From Pavona decussata (Eukaryota): DNA of 64,000 bases. A program made the position numbers and the translations under genes. The stretch spans positions 3,224,001 to 3,288,000 of the forward strand of contig CDRNST010000104.1 in NCBI GenBank assembly GCA_977016875.1, in the 5' to 3' direction. Positions 15,101-26,554 of the stretch are shown here, one piece after another; position 1 is the stretch's first letter, and each line of letters begins with the position of its first letter. The notes under the pieces were generated by a model, which saw only the letters and a list, made by a program, of their open reading frames with translations, made no database searches and had not been told where the DNA came from.

Positions 15101-18100
15101 AGTTCGGAAATCTTACATAATTAACGGGTGCGTAGTGATAAAGCGGATTGACTGCTTGTGGCATCATGTATCCTGGGTAAAATGAACCGTATGGGTATGC
15201 CAATGCCTGTCTCTTGATCACCAGTCCTTCATCTTCACCAGGAATATCAGCCCTACGTGACGAACTTTCTGTGCTTTGTCCCTCTGCACCAGTGCCATAC
15301 ATGTTAGGGTTTCCTATCGAAAAATAGCACAAACAGTTGCTACGGCATTTTGATAATAGAAATCGAGCACCATACAGTAATTTTGAAGAACTCAATTGAT
15401 TTTTGAAGGATAGTTAAGGTAGAACTACTTTACGATAGAATTAAGGTTAAGGTAGAATTGACGGAAGAATTACTTCAAGAAAGGAAATTTATTTAACTTC
15501 ATAAGGGTAGGAATATGTAACTCTGTTTGAGGCATTTGGAGACTGGAATAATCTGAAAAGGGCCATGAATATGTGGAATTTATAAAATTTGGTAGATTAA
15601 ATTATACCATGTCTGAATTCTATTGTGGCTTACTTGTTTCTCCTTTTTCGTCGAATTAGCCAAAACAATTTAGTTTTGCATGGTTCGCTCTCCATCTCAT
15701 CCTTTAGTTGTTTGTTCACGAGCCCGCACATTTACCTAAATTTATATGTGGCTGACCTTAGGGAGCCTTATCCCTTCGTTGTCTTCCCGAATGAGACCGC
15801 AAAGGTTGAGCACATTCATGAACTGGGCTCCTGTCATAGCTTGTACTCACCAGGAAAATATAAGAATAAGTTGAAATGAATATATTAACTAGTTGCAATT
15901 GTGAACTATTAATTGACGTAACGAACTACGTGCGAGTCAGGGGAAAGAAAAAAATTATATAAAATACATGACTTCTAATGATCTATTCCTCTCGCTTTAC
16001 CTGTATCACCAAACGCTTCGGCGGGAAGTTCACCCTCGGATGGATGATAGCTAAAGCTTGACAAAAGGTCCCCAGCCGATGATTGTTGGCCTCCCTGCTG
16101 TTCCATCATGTTTCCAAGCGATGCCTCCCTAAAACCCATTCCACCGTCATCAGGAGTGATACCTCCCATCCCAGCAATATTTTCAGTTGCCTCTCCTGGT
16201 GTGAATTCTGTCGCAGCAGCTTGAGCTGTTTCAGGAGAGGGATTTTCATTGCTTTCCTCCTCTTGATTGTTGTAGGCCTTAGCTGTTGAGCTGTCTGCCT
16301 CTTCCATTGGTGTTTGCAGTTTTTCAACTCCAGGAAATCCCATGGCCAAATTCTGCATTTCTGAGGTTAGTAAGGCGGCGCCTTCCAGGTGAGGATGCGT
16401 CCGCGGGTCTTTGCTAGCACTGTCTTCACCTTCGTCTTGTCCAGGATCCGCTATCTCTTGTCTCGATTCCCCTTTTTCTTCTTTGACATCCTGCATTTTA
16501 GGAAACTTGGATCGCGTCCAACATGGCACACAGTGGTGATGACGGAAGTGACAAGGGAGCGGCCAGGTCCATTTACCGATGAAACCACAACCTGGGTAGA
16601 TACATCCGCCCCATCCACAACAGCCCGGGTGATAGTTTATTACTTGTCTACCCTGGCCAGTTTCGTCTCTATTATCAGGGACATTAGACCTATGGTACGG
16701 GCCAAAGGAGCCTAGTGGAGGTCCATAAGGACCGTAATATCCTCCATTCAGGCCACTGTAAGTGAAAGCACCAAGCAAGGGAAACACTCCGTGGTAGTTA
16801 TGTCCGGGATGTATGGCGCCTCCCCATCCATAACGTCCTGGATTAAAATTTGTTACGAAGTGCCGGCTGGTGGCTTCTTCTTCTTTTTCAGCCTCTTTGT
16901 TGACCTTCTTCGATTTCCCGCTGGGGATGTCTGACTTAAAGAAACCGTTTCCGAAGGCGTATGGATAAAAGCCAACATATGGCGAGAATCCTCCATAAAC
17001 TGGCCCTGGATAAGGAGCGTACCCGCCATAGCCAAGGAATGAGGAGCCAGGAATTCCAAATGGCCCATACGGGAAAGATGGTCCGTAGCCATTCCACGGG
17101 TAGCCAAATGCTCCGTAAGGTTGTTGTATGACCTGCCTTTTTGGACCTTCTTTCTCTTTTCCGTCCTTTTTGCCATGAATATCTCTACGGTAACCCAGTC
17201 CGTGGCCATATCCCAAACCAAAGCCATGACCGAAGCCGTACGGGCCTAATCCACGGCCAGAATAATAGTGGCCAAGCCCGTAATTGTAACCGAATGGGCT
17301 TAAACCGTGACCCCAATCGGCACCTAGAGGTCCCCACCCGGGATAGCCTGTGTTACCCAATCCCCAGCCTCCCCAGCCGCCCATGTAGCCAGGCCACCAA
17401 CGCTTCTCTGCCTTATCTTTCTTGCTTTGTTTTCCAGGAACTTTACTTCGCAGAAATGGATGGAAAACATCGCCCTTAGCGAAGCCCCATCCATGACCAA
17501 GTCCAGCGGCATCAAAGCCATGTCCCCAGAAGCCACCTAGGGGACCCCACCCAGGGTACCCTGCATTTCCGATACCCCATCCTCCCCATCCTCCCATATA
17601 CCCCGGCCACCATCTTTTGTTAGCACTAGCGCCTTTCACTGAAGATCTTGTATGCCCTCTTGATGGCTTCTCTTGAACTTTGGATCGATATCCTCCATAC
17701 GCCCTTGGAACAAACGAGGGCGTAAAAGGGACTGCAGCAAATCCTAAAGATGGATAAGCATATCCATAAGTTGGAAAGACAAATTTAGGCAGCACTTGGC
17801 GCTTTGAATCTGCTTTATGTCCCGACTTTTTTGAGCTTGTTTTGATGATTTGAGATCGGTGCCATCCTCCAAGAGAAGGATATCCGGTCCATCCTCCGTG
17901 AAAGGCCACAGGCCTTGTCCAGTGATATCCGGGCCAATGGGACAAGGTACCCCAAGGATGGCCGTGGTGGTATGGACCAAGATGGATTGCATCTATAACT
18001 TGCTTTTTGTTTTCTTTTGATCCTCTGTGACCTGAAAATATTTGTTTGACGATTTAGAATTCTACATAATTGCTAAATAAGGGCTTGCAATTTTGATTAC

Positions 18101-19400
18101 AGTGATCTTGTACTATTGCGATACTGAGATAGAATAAAGATATTTTTTTTACAAAAATTTACAAAACACGCTGTTGTGAGACAATACTCTCCGACACTTT
18201 ATTGAAAATAAAGTCGAAAGGTCCTGTCACATGATACAAAATAGATGCCCATACCCCTCAGCTGGTAGCCTTCTTACTGCAAAACTACTTTTTGTGGCTT
18301 TAAAGAGAAGGAACTATTAGTCTGTGTCTCATTAATTAAACAACTTAGAAGGATGCTTAATTGACTTTGAATATTAATGTTGATGAATGCTTTTACTGAG
18401 CCATTAGATGAGACACTTTTCGTTGGTTGTAAACTGGAACGATATAGTTTAACAAACAAGGCCACCAGCTTCCAAAGAACTAAACCACTCAACCAGATGA
18501 CTGACCTGTTTTTTTCTAAACAGCGGCCACCGTACAACCTGTGTTTGCGAGACACATATCGCTGGTGGCGGGTTAATACATACCGCTCGTAAACAAGTTT
18601 TGCTTGCACGGTCCGCGAATCCTTATTTTCCTGTTAAAATTGAATGGCCTGTACAGTCTCTTTACCATCAGGACTATTGCTTGTTTAACTTATTTGCTGG
18701 AACTAACGTCCGAACGATTATTAATTAACGAAACTCTGACATATCAGCACGTCAAGAAAGGCAAATTGACTTGAACACAATTATTTTCCCTCGAAATTGA
18801 ATTCACCAGCTTCCATCGGTTTATGCTTCAGCCTTCCCAGCCGATAATAGTTCAATTAAGTTCACGCATGCCTAAAAACGTGAATTAAAACTTTCCAATG
18901 AACATGTTTGGCGGACGGTTTGAAGGAAGTGTTTTCTCTAAAAGACGTGTAATGATAGCTGTGCACGTAATTAGTCACAGATCAGATAGACGTCCTGGTA
19001 ACTCTAGTTTGTTGTCAGAAAATTAAGGAAATAATAGTTCATTTCTTCCCGCCTATATACTGACACACTAACCACACGTTTAAAGATAACAATTAAATTA
19101 TCACTGTCACAGTGAAGTTATGTTTTAGAGAAACCAGAACAAAATTAAATCAGTTTTAAAGAAAATGGTCAGAACGCAACAACCTTTTTCCAACTTGCCA
19201 CAACAGAAATTATAAATCGTACCTTTCTTTTCTTCACCACTTCTTGTCTTAGACTTTTTTAACAAGTCGCTTTCTTCAAAGTTCATTTCATCTTCTTCGG
19301 TAGTTTCATCTACCAAATTGTTTGGTCTTCCTTTTGTCCCATAAATATAAACACCAAGGAATGCGATAAATATCAGTATTTTTGATGACAACACAGCCAT
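3113..19400 (-). CDS. Gene A: 11-exon secreted polyprotein precursor (~1295 aa) with Gly/Tyr/Trp/Pro-rich and Pro/Met/Gly/Gln-rich modules separated by basic cleavage sites
   Basis: Hand-spliced exons: 19223-19400, 16001-18031, 15117-15313, 14366-14566, 13353-13522, 12283-12321, 8502-8716, 6774-7244, 5175-5270, 4012-4196, 3113-3217. All junctions are GT-AG with matching phases (1,1,0,0,2,2,1,1,1,0), giving 3888 nt open to TAG. Starts with the signal peptide MAVLSSKILIFIAFLGVYIYG and has repeated KR/KK/xR-Q sites. The exon-5 donor (GTCTAA) is weak and one intron contains the N gap. Confidence 0.8.
4364..4978. mobile_element. PIF/Harbinger-like non-autonomous transposon
   Basis: Long TIRs gaccccgtccacacgtatccgg / ggatacatgtggacgggatc, flanked by TTA at 4361-4363 and 4979-4981 (3-bp TSD). 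Confidence 0.75.
5422..5652. mobile_element. MITE nested inside another MITE (~5375-5846)
   Basis: TIRs caagagactatgaggtaaaagagcgaat / attcgctctcttacctcatagtctcttg, with imperfect flanking duplication caagtat/ccagtat. Confidence 0.7.
6095..6465 (+). mobile_element. Penelope-like retroelement 3' remnant with inverted pseudo-LTR
   Basis: Encodes SSIGKHL..VLKKC..YEMLLIRELTPSLNVQSDS, resembling a GIY-YIG C-terminus. 6095-6150 is an inverted copy of 6417-6465. Confidence 0.65.
6607..6720. repeat. Palindromic (hairpin) interspersed repeat
   Basis: agttagttttgttttccc..gagtcctgatgtttcc / ggaaacatcaggactc..gggaaaacaaaactaact. Confidence 0.75.
7586..8102. other. Assembly gap (N run) in an intron of gene A
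   Basis: 517 consecutive N. Confidence 0.99.
8103..8430. repeat. TCAG/GAGT tetranucleotide microsatellite tract
   Basis: (cagccagat)n, (tcag)n and (gagt)n runs adjacent to the gap. Confidence 0.9.
9150..9295 (-). mobile_element. tRNA-derived SINE
   Basis: The reverse strand has the tRNA-like head tagctcggtggtagagcatccgaactagtaatcagaaggtcttaggttcgactcctgata. Relatives at 43404-43593 and ~53655-53690. Confidence 0.75.
9895..10086. mobile_element. Palindromic MITE-like element
   Basis: ~95-bp inverted arms, aagaattggttcat..cgagttatggatgcac / gtgcatccataactcg..atgaatcaattctt. Confidence 0.75.
10640..11520 (-). mobile_element. Degenerate non-LTR retrotransposon 3' fragment (possibly Tx1-like)
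   Basis: Broken minus-strand ORF pieces (VLSIPVNTCNSLEKL..IQCH) loosely resemble a LINE C-terminal zinc-knuckle region, inside an intron of gene A. Confidence 0.3.
16001..18031 (-). CDS. Gene A exon 2 (2031 nt): eight modules, seven aromatic/Gly-rich and one acidic
   Basis: The long ORF 15975-17945 extends upstream to acceptor tattttcAG|G at 18031 and ends at donor ACAG|GTAAAG at 16001. Confidence 0.9.
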
Positions 19401-21365
19401 CGTTGTCGGAGACTATATTATCTCCTAGCAGCTTCCAATTATAAATTGAGGCACTCGACGAAAAGGTACTCCAAGACCTTTGCCAGCTAGAACTTTCTTG
19501 ATGAGGGTAGAATAAGCAATTAGGTTAGCATCTTAACGTGGCAGGCGATTGTTTTCATGCATCCTTTGTTCAGCAACAAAGTGGCACCTCTGCTATTGGC
19601 CAATTTGCCCTGTTCAGGTCAAAACGCTGCTTGTGTTATTGACTTAAGGAATATTTGATTTATTTTTCATGAATTATTAACAAGTTATGTTTTCTTCCCG
19701 AGCCTTCCCTCACCGTTTTCACACAAATACAATGTGCCGTCGTTCTCCTTTCAACCTGTCCGTCGGTAACACTAACGAAGGAGGAAGTCCCGAAAAGAAA
19801 GGTGCGGGAAATTAGCCAAGCGTTGTAACCACCATGTTCACATTATGTCCCTGACAAACGGGAACCAGCTAATCTCAATAAGGGAGGCAAAAGTTCAATA
19901 AATGATTCACGCACAGTACCCACAAGAAAGAGAGTTTAATCCTAAATACGGAGATAAATAAGAGGAATCACTGTCCCCATTGTTTTGCAATTCTGTATGG
20001 CTACAGGACAAAATATTATGGGACGCATCTCAAGAACCAAACCATGTAGCATAAGCTGGTTATTTCTTTCGTTTCTTCATTCAGTTATCTTGTTTCCCAG
20101 CTTCAGTCCGAAAATCTTTTCTGGCATTTAAACACAATAACCTTAAATTCTGTCTCCAGTACAATCAGATTCACACTTTGCTTGATCCGAAGTGCCGATC
20201 GATCAGAAACTTGTTTAATTTTAGCTCTTACATATGCATTAAAATAACCTTCAGTTTCCATCCGCTAAAGAAAATGATAAAATCATTTTTTTACCAAAAG
20301 AATAACGATATACCATATTTCATAGCCGATGACTAGAGGACTTTTCCAAAAATTTGCCTCCAAGCGGTTTCATTCAAACTTCATTCAGCTTTCTGAGAAA
20401 CGATACAACACATCGCAAGGTTTTGACGGTCTTTTCGGATATATTCAGTGATCAGCACTTCGGTTTATGTTTTCTCTTTCTCTCAGGTTCCTTTCGTTTA
20501 CCTTTTGTTCAAATTCTCAATAATTTGTAGAAAAATAAAATAATTATTCTTCCTAGGAATGCCCTATATCGAATCAATGTAACCAACTCGAAGGGTTAGT
20601 TATCATCATTTCATGTGCAAGTAGAGTAATTGTTAATGTTTATAAGTAACACGCATGTCGCTGTCAAGGAAAAGGAAATCCTGGGAGATATTGAATGTCT
20701 ATGCAAAAAGACAAATTTAAAACAGATATTCAACCAACCTCTGATTAACAACTGTGAAAACTGGCTATAGGAATAGTGCCATGAGGGATTCGCCCACCCA
20801 ATAGGCTGCTTCGATTCATCGCTGCTTCAAATCATGTAGCAGAAACAGTTGAGCTTTAAACGTTTTGAGAGAAAAAAAAAATAATTGGCACCTTCTTGTT
20901 AAAAAGCTTGATGGATTGATCTAAATCCTCTGTAATTAGTTTGTATTAGTTTGCCAGAGTTTAGTTCAGCGGTATCATAACCACTGTGCAAGCAACGAAC
21001 GGATTAATCCAAGTGATACTTTATCGATTTACTTAGCTGATTCGACAACTAACTGCCAGTGAAACTAATTCATGATATCGTTTACTTAAGTGCCAGCATC
21101 TCTTTGTATTGGTTGCTACTGTTTTATATCGTAACCTTGGATATTAAGTAAACTTGAAGATTGGAAAAACAGATAAACAAAGCTTACAGGTGTTAATCAA
21201 GTATTTCTTAAGAAACAACAGGTGATTGTTTAAGCCACTTAGTCAGACAAAACAATGACTTAACATTACGTGCTAGTGAAGACCATTAATAACAAAACGT
21301 TTTTTACTGGAACAGTGCATCTAAGAAACGTTGACAAAATCACAATTCTTTTCCCTCAAGCAAGC

Positions 21366-22926
21366 ATGAAATTAGTGATTTTATTTGTTGTTTTAGTTAC
21401 TCTGTTTGCTCTGTCAACAGCAAAGCCTGTGATGGAAGACAATGAGCTTTTAATTAAGCGCGAAGAAAAATCTGGTGTTGATGATGAACTGGAGACGTCT
21501 GGGGATGAAGGAGACGACGAGGAAGATGGGAGTGCCACTAACGACGAGCCTCGGGATAGAGAGAAACGAGATGCATACGAGGAGCTCGAGGGCGATGAAA
21601 AGACAAAGGATTCAAGTGGAGCTGAACCAGAACAAGAAAGCGGAGACTCAAGTGGAGACGACGAGTTACAATGGAAAAATACATTGGGAATTGGAGGACC
21701 GTTCACCATAACTGCACTACAACCCCCCGGTTCAGAAATTTCTCCTTCGAAAGTGAAAAAACAGGAAGCTCAATTCTTTTTGGATGCTGTCAGTCCGCCT
21801 GGAAAAATCGAGATAACACCATTGTCGCCTAGTATCAACAAGTTGAAGAAGTTCCGCCGTAGGTGCCTATGCCCATTACCTTGTGCTCCTGGGCCAACAT
21901 ATCAAGTGATTTCTTGTAGCGGACCGTACACTGTTCCTTGTGGATGCCTCGGTGGAGTCTGGCCCAGTCCTGGATGCGGTGGGTGCGGTGGCTTCGGTGG
22001 TCCGTATGGTTTAGGTGGAATTGGACCAGGGTTTCCCTTGTTTGGTGGTGGATTAGGGGGCGGAGGTTATGGAGGGTGCGGAGGGTGCGGGGGATACGGG
22101 GGATACGGAGGCTACGGAGGCTGTGGAGGCTGTGGAGGGGGATTCAGAGGACTCTATGGTGACTGCTTTGGAAACCCCATGATGTGCTGTTGTAAGTGTA
22201 AACTCCTTTGTAGTAAATAGCTGACTTACCCACTCATGACTAGTCAGTTTTAAAAGAGAAGGCAATAAGAAACAATAAGTCAACGTTAATCGTCGTCGTG
22301 ACAGTATGAGGACTGAAATAGAAATTGTTAGATTTTGAAGAAAATACTTAATCGTTAAAATTACGATCAGCTGGACTAAAGCAGTGTGTAACTTCCTCGT
22401 GCTTGTTTTAGAGCAACTCCGTATCGCCTACCTTAGCACCATTAAATAGGATCCAATACTTGTATTGTTGCTGCTGACACAAAAGGAGATTACCATCCCG
22501 ACCACTTCGAGATTTTATTCCTGGGTTGCTAGTCGGTTAGCGATTTGCAAGGGCCCCTAAGAAAAGTTTTCATGCATCGGCGGAAATGACATGATATAAT
22601 GCACCTTTGTTTTTTCGTTGGTAAACAATCTTCTTATTGATCATGCAAAAATTACAGAGAGATTTAAGGCTCGACGTTTCGATCAGTACACTAATAAACG
22701 TCGCAGGTTTTGCCTTTGTTTTATCTTTCTAAATGCTTTGTGTTGTTTCTAAACAGGTTGTAAGAAAGAGAAAAATAATGAACAGCCCGCAAACGACAAA
22801 CCCCATGACTCGCTGAAACCGAAACCAAGTATCGTCAAGTCATCAAATACGCAGTGGGATAGACCATCTCCAGTTCAAGCAACATTAAAAGTGAACAAGC
22901 CACTGGTGAAAGTCCCTAAATCGTGA
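21366..22926 (+). CDS. Gene B: secreted Cys/Gly-rich protein (~331 aa) with acidic propeptide, RRR cleavage site and GGC/GGY repeats
   Basis: Exon 1 is 21366-22191 (MKLVILFVVLVTLFALSTA signal; KKFRRR|CLCPLPC...MMCC; donor T|GTAAGT). Exon 2 is 22757-22926 (aaacAG|GT TGT AAG, open to TGA: CCKKEKNNEQP...VPKS). Unspliced, the ORF would stop at 22220. Confidence 0.85.
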
Positions 22927-24555
22927 ATAATTGCAAACCGTTTTATAGAAAAATTAAATCTAAGAAAATACTTTCAATGACGATCTTTTGTAAATTCTCA
23001 AGTAATTTAAACGAAGCAGAGCGGTCGGTTTTCCCTCTAATGTTAAGGAATTTATTTTATTTGCAATGTACTTTGTTAACGAATATCATTTATCTCCTTC
23101 TAAAATAACATGAGCTGTTGTTCTGCTTTGCTAAGATCTCAGGTTTAGTAAATGAAGTTGATTTGTGGGAAGTTCCAGTCTTCTTTATTGTGTCAAGTTT
23201 TAAAAGTACTAAGTTGCGTTGTTATATAAGAATGAGAATCTCTTAGTTGTCCACATAAAATCATATTCTCTCTATAAAACTCAAGCAGGGGGCAAAAGAT
23301 TATATATTATACTTCAATTGAATTGGCACCTTGAGGGACTTCTTTTCAAAAGGATGAGGTAGAAGGATAGAAGGAGGGAGGGGAGAGGGGGACGCAATTA
23401 GCTTGCCTCTTTGGGCCTCCAAAGGTCTAATGGTCACAATACCATTCCAATTGCAATGGACAGTACCCTTTGAATTTCAACTTGATTGAGACTGTTTCTA
23501 ATTGTTTAAACTGGTCTTTACGGATATCTGACATAGAAACTTTGACCAATAGCTGCTGGTATGGAAATGTAATCCGTAGTATACGTTTTCCAAATATCAA
23601 TATTTTTGCCCCCAAATTTTTGGCACAAAGCGGAAACATTTTAGCTAAAGGACTCTAGTTTCGCAGGCGTACCGAGGAAAATCGACTTCGTACTGGAAAG
23701 GAAAATGCGTAATAAAAAATAAACGCAATTTTTACAGTGGGTTTCAATTTTACCGAGTGGTTTGCAGTTTATGGAAAAAAAGTACAACTTCTGAAAAAGG
23801 CATTTTGCTTTAAAGTGATCATTTAACTGACCTGTTTGAAGATGAACGGAAATATTACTTATTCTTCTGACCTGACAAAATTATGATAGGGATAAAAAAA
23901 GCACGTAAAAAGTGCTCTTGGAATTTGTACTGCAAAATTGTAGAAGAGGATAAAAGTCAAAATCGGCCGAGGATTCTATGATAGTTAGCAAACAATCAGA
24001 AACTGTTAAACATTTTATCGTGTGAAAATCAGGAAACAGACACAAAATTTGAAGATTTATTGACCCAGTTAAAGAAGGGCAAATTAACCAGTGCTTTCCT
24101 TATTAATCAGGATCTTCACTTTTAATTGATTTGACTCCCCGCTATTAGATCAGTAACTGCTGTTTGACTTCATCAGAAATAGCTGCGGGTCTGGTTACCT
24201 GAGCCACTAGTTTGCTGTATCTTTTTACCAAATTTGCTTAAATTTGCTAAGTGCAAATTTGGACCAAATCCATTTTTTCGTCCAGTGTGACGAATTGCAG
24301 CTTTTTGGAACCCACAATTACACAGCAGTGGTACCCGAGAGGAAAATCATATACCAGTGTCTATGTCATAAACGAAAAATCATTTTTACTTTTGAAAATA
24401 TATTCAAATTTTTCCCAAATGTTAAAGCATCGGCGTATTTTTTTAAAAGTTAGGTTTTAACCTGACTTTTAGGGTATCTTCTATTATATACCCCAAAATC
24501 TATCGCTTTGAAAAGAGAAACGAATAATGTTATTATATTTCTGTACAACTGCTCC

Positions 24556-25039
24556 ATGAAAGAGGCACTGTGCATTAAGGCTCACTACTTTAATTTTGTA
24601 CTGATACACATATCTGGAGTGTCTCTACGAATGGCCTCTTTCCCTTGAAGATATTTTAACGTGAAACTGACATCTGTTACCAGTCTACGACGGACAAATA
24701 GAAGACGCAGCGCAAAGCGATCATGACAAGACAAAACTGGTGTGGTTGAGTCTGAAAACCAAAAGAAAAACATGTTCACTATGTTCCTGACAAATGGGAA
24801 GATGTAAGTCTTAAAAACGTTCACATCCTCAAGAGTGTGCTACTGCTTCGATATCGCTATAGCATTATGTTGATCGAGCCAATGTTGACCGTAACAAAAG
24901 TTATAGTGGTATCTGGGGTTATGTTTGAGGCTCACTGATGTCACATTGGGAATGTGAAAGTACGGCTAGGTCGGCGGAGGGTATGGATGTGGTCAACGTG
25001 GATGTGAATTTTATGGTGGGTGTCCCCATACACTTATTG
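24556..25039 (+). pseudogene. Possible decayed paralogue (relic C) of the Cys/Gly-rich family
   Basis: Fragments MKEALCIK.., RRRSAKR, YSGIWGY and GGGYGCGQRGCEFYGGCPHTLI are followed by a phase-1 G|GTGAGC donor. Several stops and frameshifts interrupt them. Confidence 0.35.
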
Positions 25040-25973
25040 GTGAGCATACCTGGCGTATTGAGAAAAGTGACTGAAAGTATTATGAGGTTAACACTGTGTG
25101 AAAGGTACAGAGGGGTAAAACAGGTTTAAGGGGCGGGGGAAGGCAATGTTGCCATCTGAAAGCAAGCCTTTTCCATGCTAAAACACGAAACAGGATTGGA
25201 ACCTGTAATTTGCGCATTGATGTTACTTATTCCGCCATGCCTACATGGTACACGAGGCATGAGTTGCCTGGAGAAGCCAGGCAACTCTGTCATGGGCTTA
25301 TTGTGCTGCTTTCTCCCAATCAATCTCACCCTAAGTAAAAGGCGTCTTTCATTTCCTCATCTACGTCATTTGTTGGAGCATAACATTGTTTTGTTAAGAG
25401 CTCTGCATGCTTGCCCTTACAATGACGGATTGAATGATTCAACGAGGCTCTCGATCCACTGAAAAGCTACTATGAAAAATTAAGAAAATGTATGTCTGTC
25501 TTGAAATGGTTTTTAAAATATTACCCGAAAAATGCCGCCGGGTTATTCAATTACTGAAGCTACAATCCTCGCCAATTTCTTTTGGGAAGGTTAGAAAACA
25601 AGCATGTTGTAATCCCACCAAGAATAATGTTTAAAGATTCACAGCTACAACTCAACATTGACATAGGGGGAGGGGAGGAAAGGGAAGGCAAGGTAAAAGT
25701 TAGCAATCTTCCCAAGAGTTTTAATTTGGCGACGATTATAGATTGTTGGAGTAGGTCTAGCTGTGAACCTAAACAGTTCTGGAAAGTTATGATGCGGCAA
25801 ACTTGTGTTGTGCAGTTCTTCACAGCCTTAAGACGAGTCAGGTGTCAGACAGAGGAATCCATTTCCCACCGACCAGTGTTAAAAGATTTGGCACTGATTT
25901 GTGAAAGAAATCTACTCGATTAATTTCTCTTAAAAAACTTAAAAAACAAAACGACTTTTTTTAAAATTTTCCA

Positions 25974-26554
25974 GACATGTTTCGACGGTACATCCGTGAC
26001 AGTTATGAAAACAAGTGTGGAATGTTATAGCGCGCAAGTCACAATGCACACGTTACATTACGCTACAGAATGTTAGCAGGTGTTACTTTTTTATACAAAG
26101 CTCTTCACGGAATAATTGATATTGATGTAGGACCTTACGTAGATTTCTACAAGGAAACTGATCACTATTCGTTTAGATAAAATGATAAGTTAACTCTAAA
26201 AATGAGATATACGAGAACGAATGTTCTTAAATATTAATACTTATATTCATAGAGTCGTGGGAACATCGAACTCCCTACCCCTTTCCAATCGTGAGGAAAT
26301 AAGTGTAAATTCTTTTAAAGCCTTAGTTAAAAAGTGATCATTAGTGGTCTGCTTTAATATGGGGTCTTTGATTCTTTTGCATTTCATCCCTTGGCTTCTG
26401 TTTTTGTATGCCATAAATTTATAATAAAATAAATAAATTTGAATATTCTGTAACGCAATGTAACGTGTGCATTGTGACTTGCGCGCTATAACATTCAACA
26501 ATTGTTTTCATAACCGTCATACTGACGATAACGGATGTACCGTCGAATCATGTC
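25974..26554. mobile_element. Inverted ~100-bp repeats (Penelope-like ends) enclosing a CR1/L2-like LINE 3' fragment
   Basis: 25974-26071 is the reverse complement of 26445-26554. The interior encodes FLYKALHGIIDID..HRVVGTSNSLP. Confidence 0.6.

Noticed and set aside
15625-15879. Possible additional exon of gene A
   Set aside because: No convincing minus-strand splice pair, and the flanking exons already join in phase.
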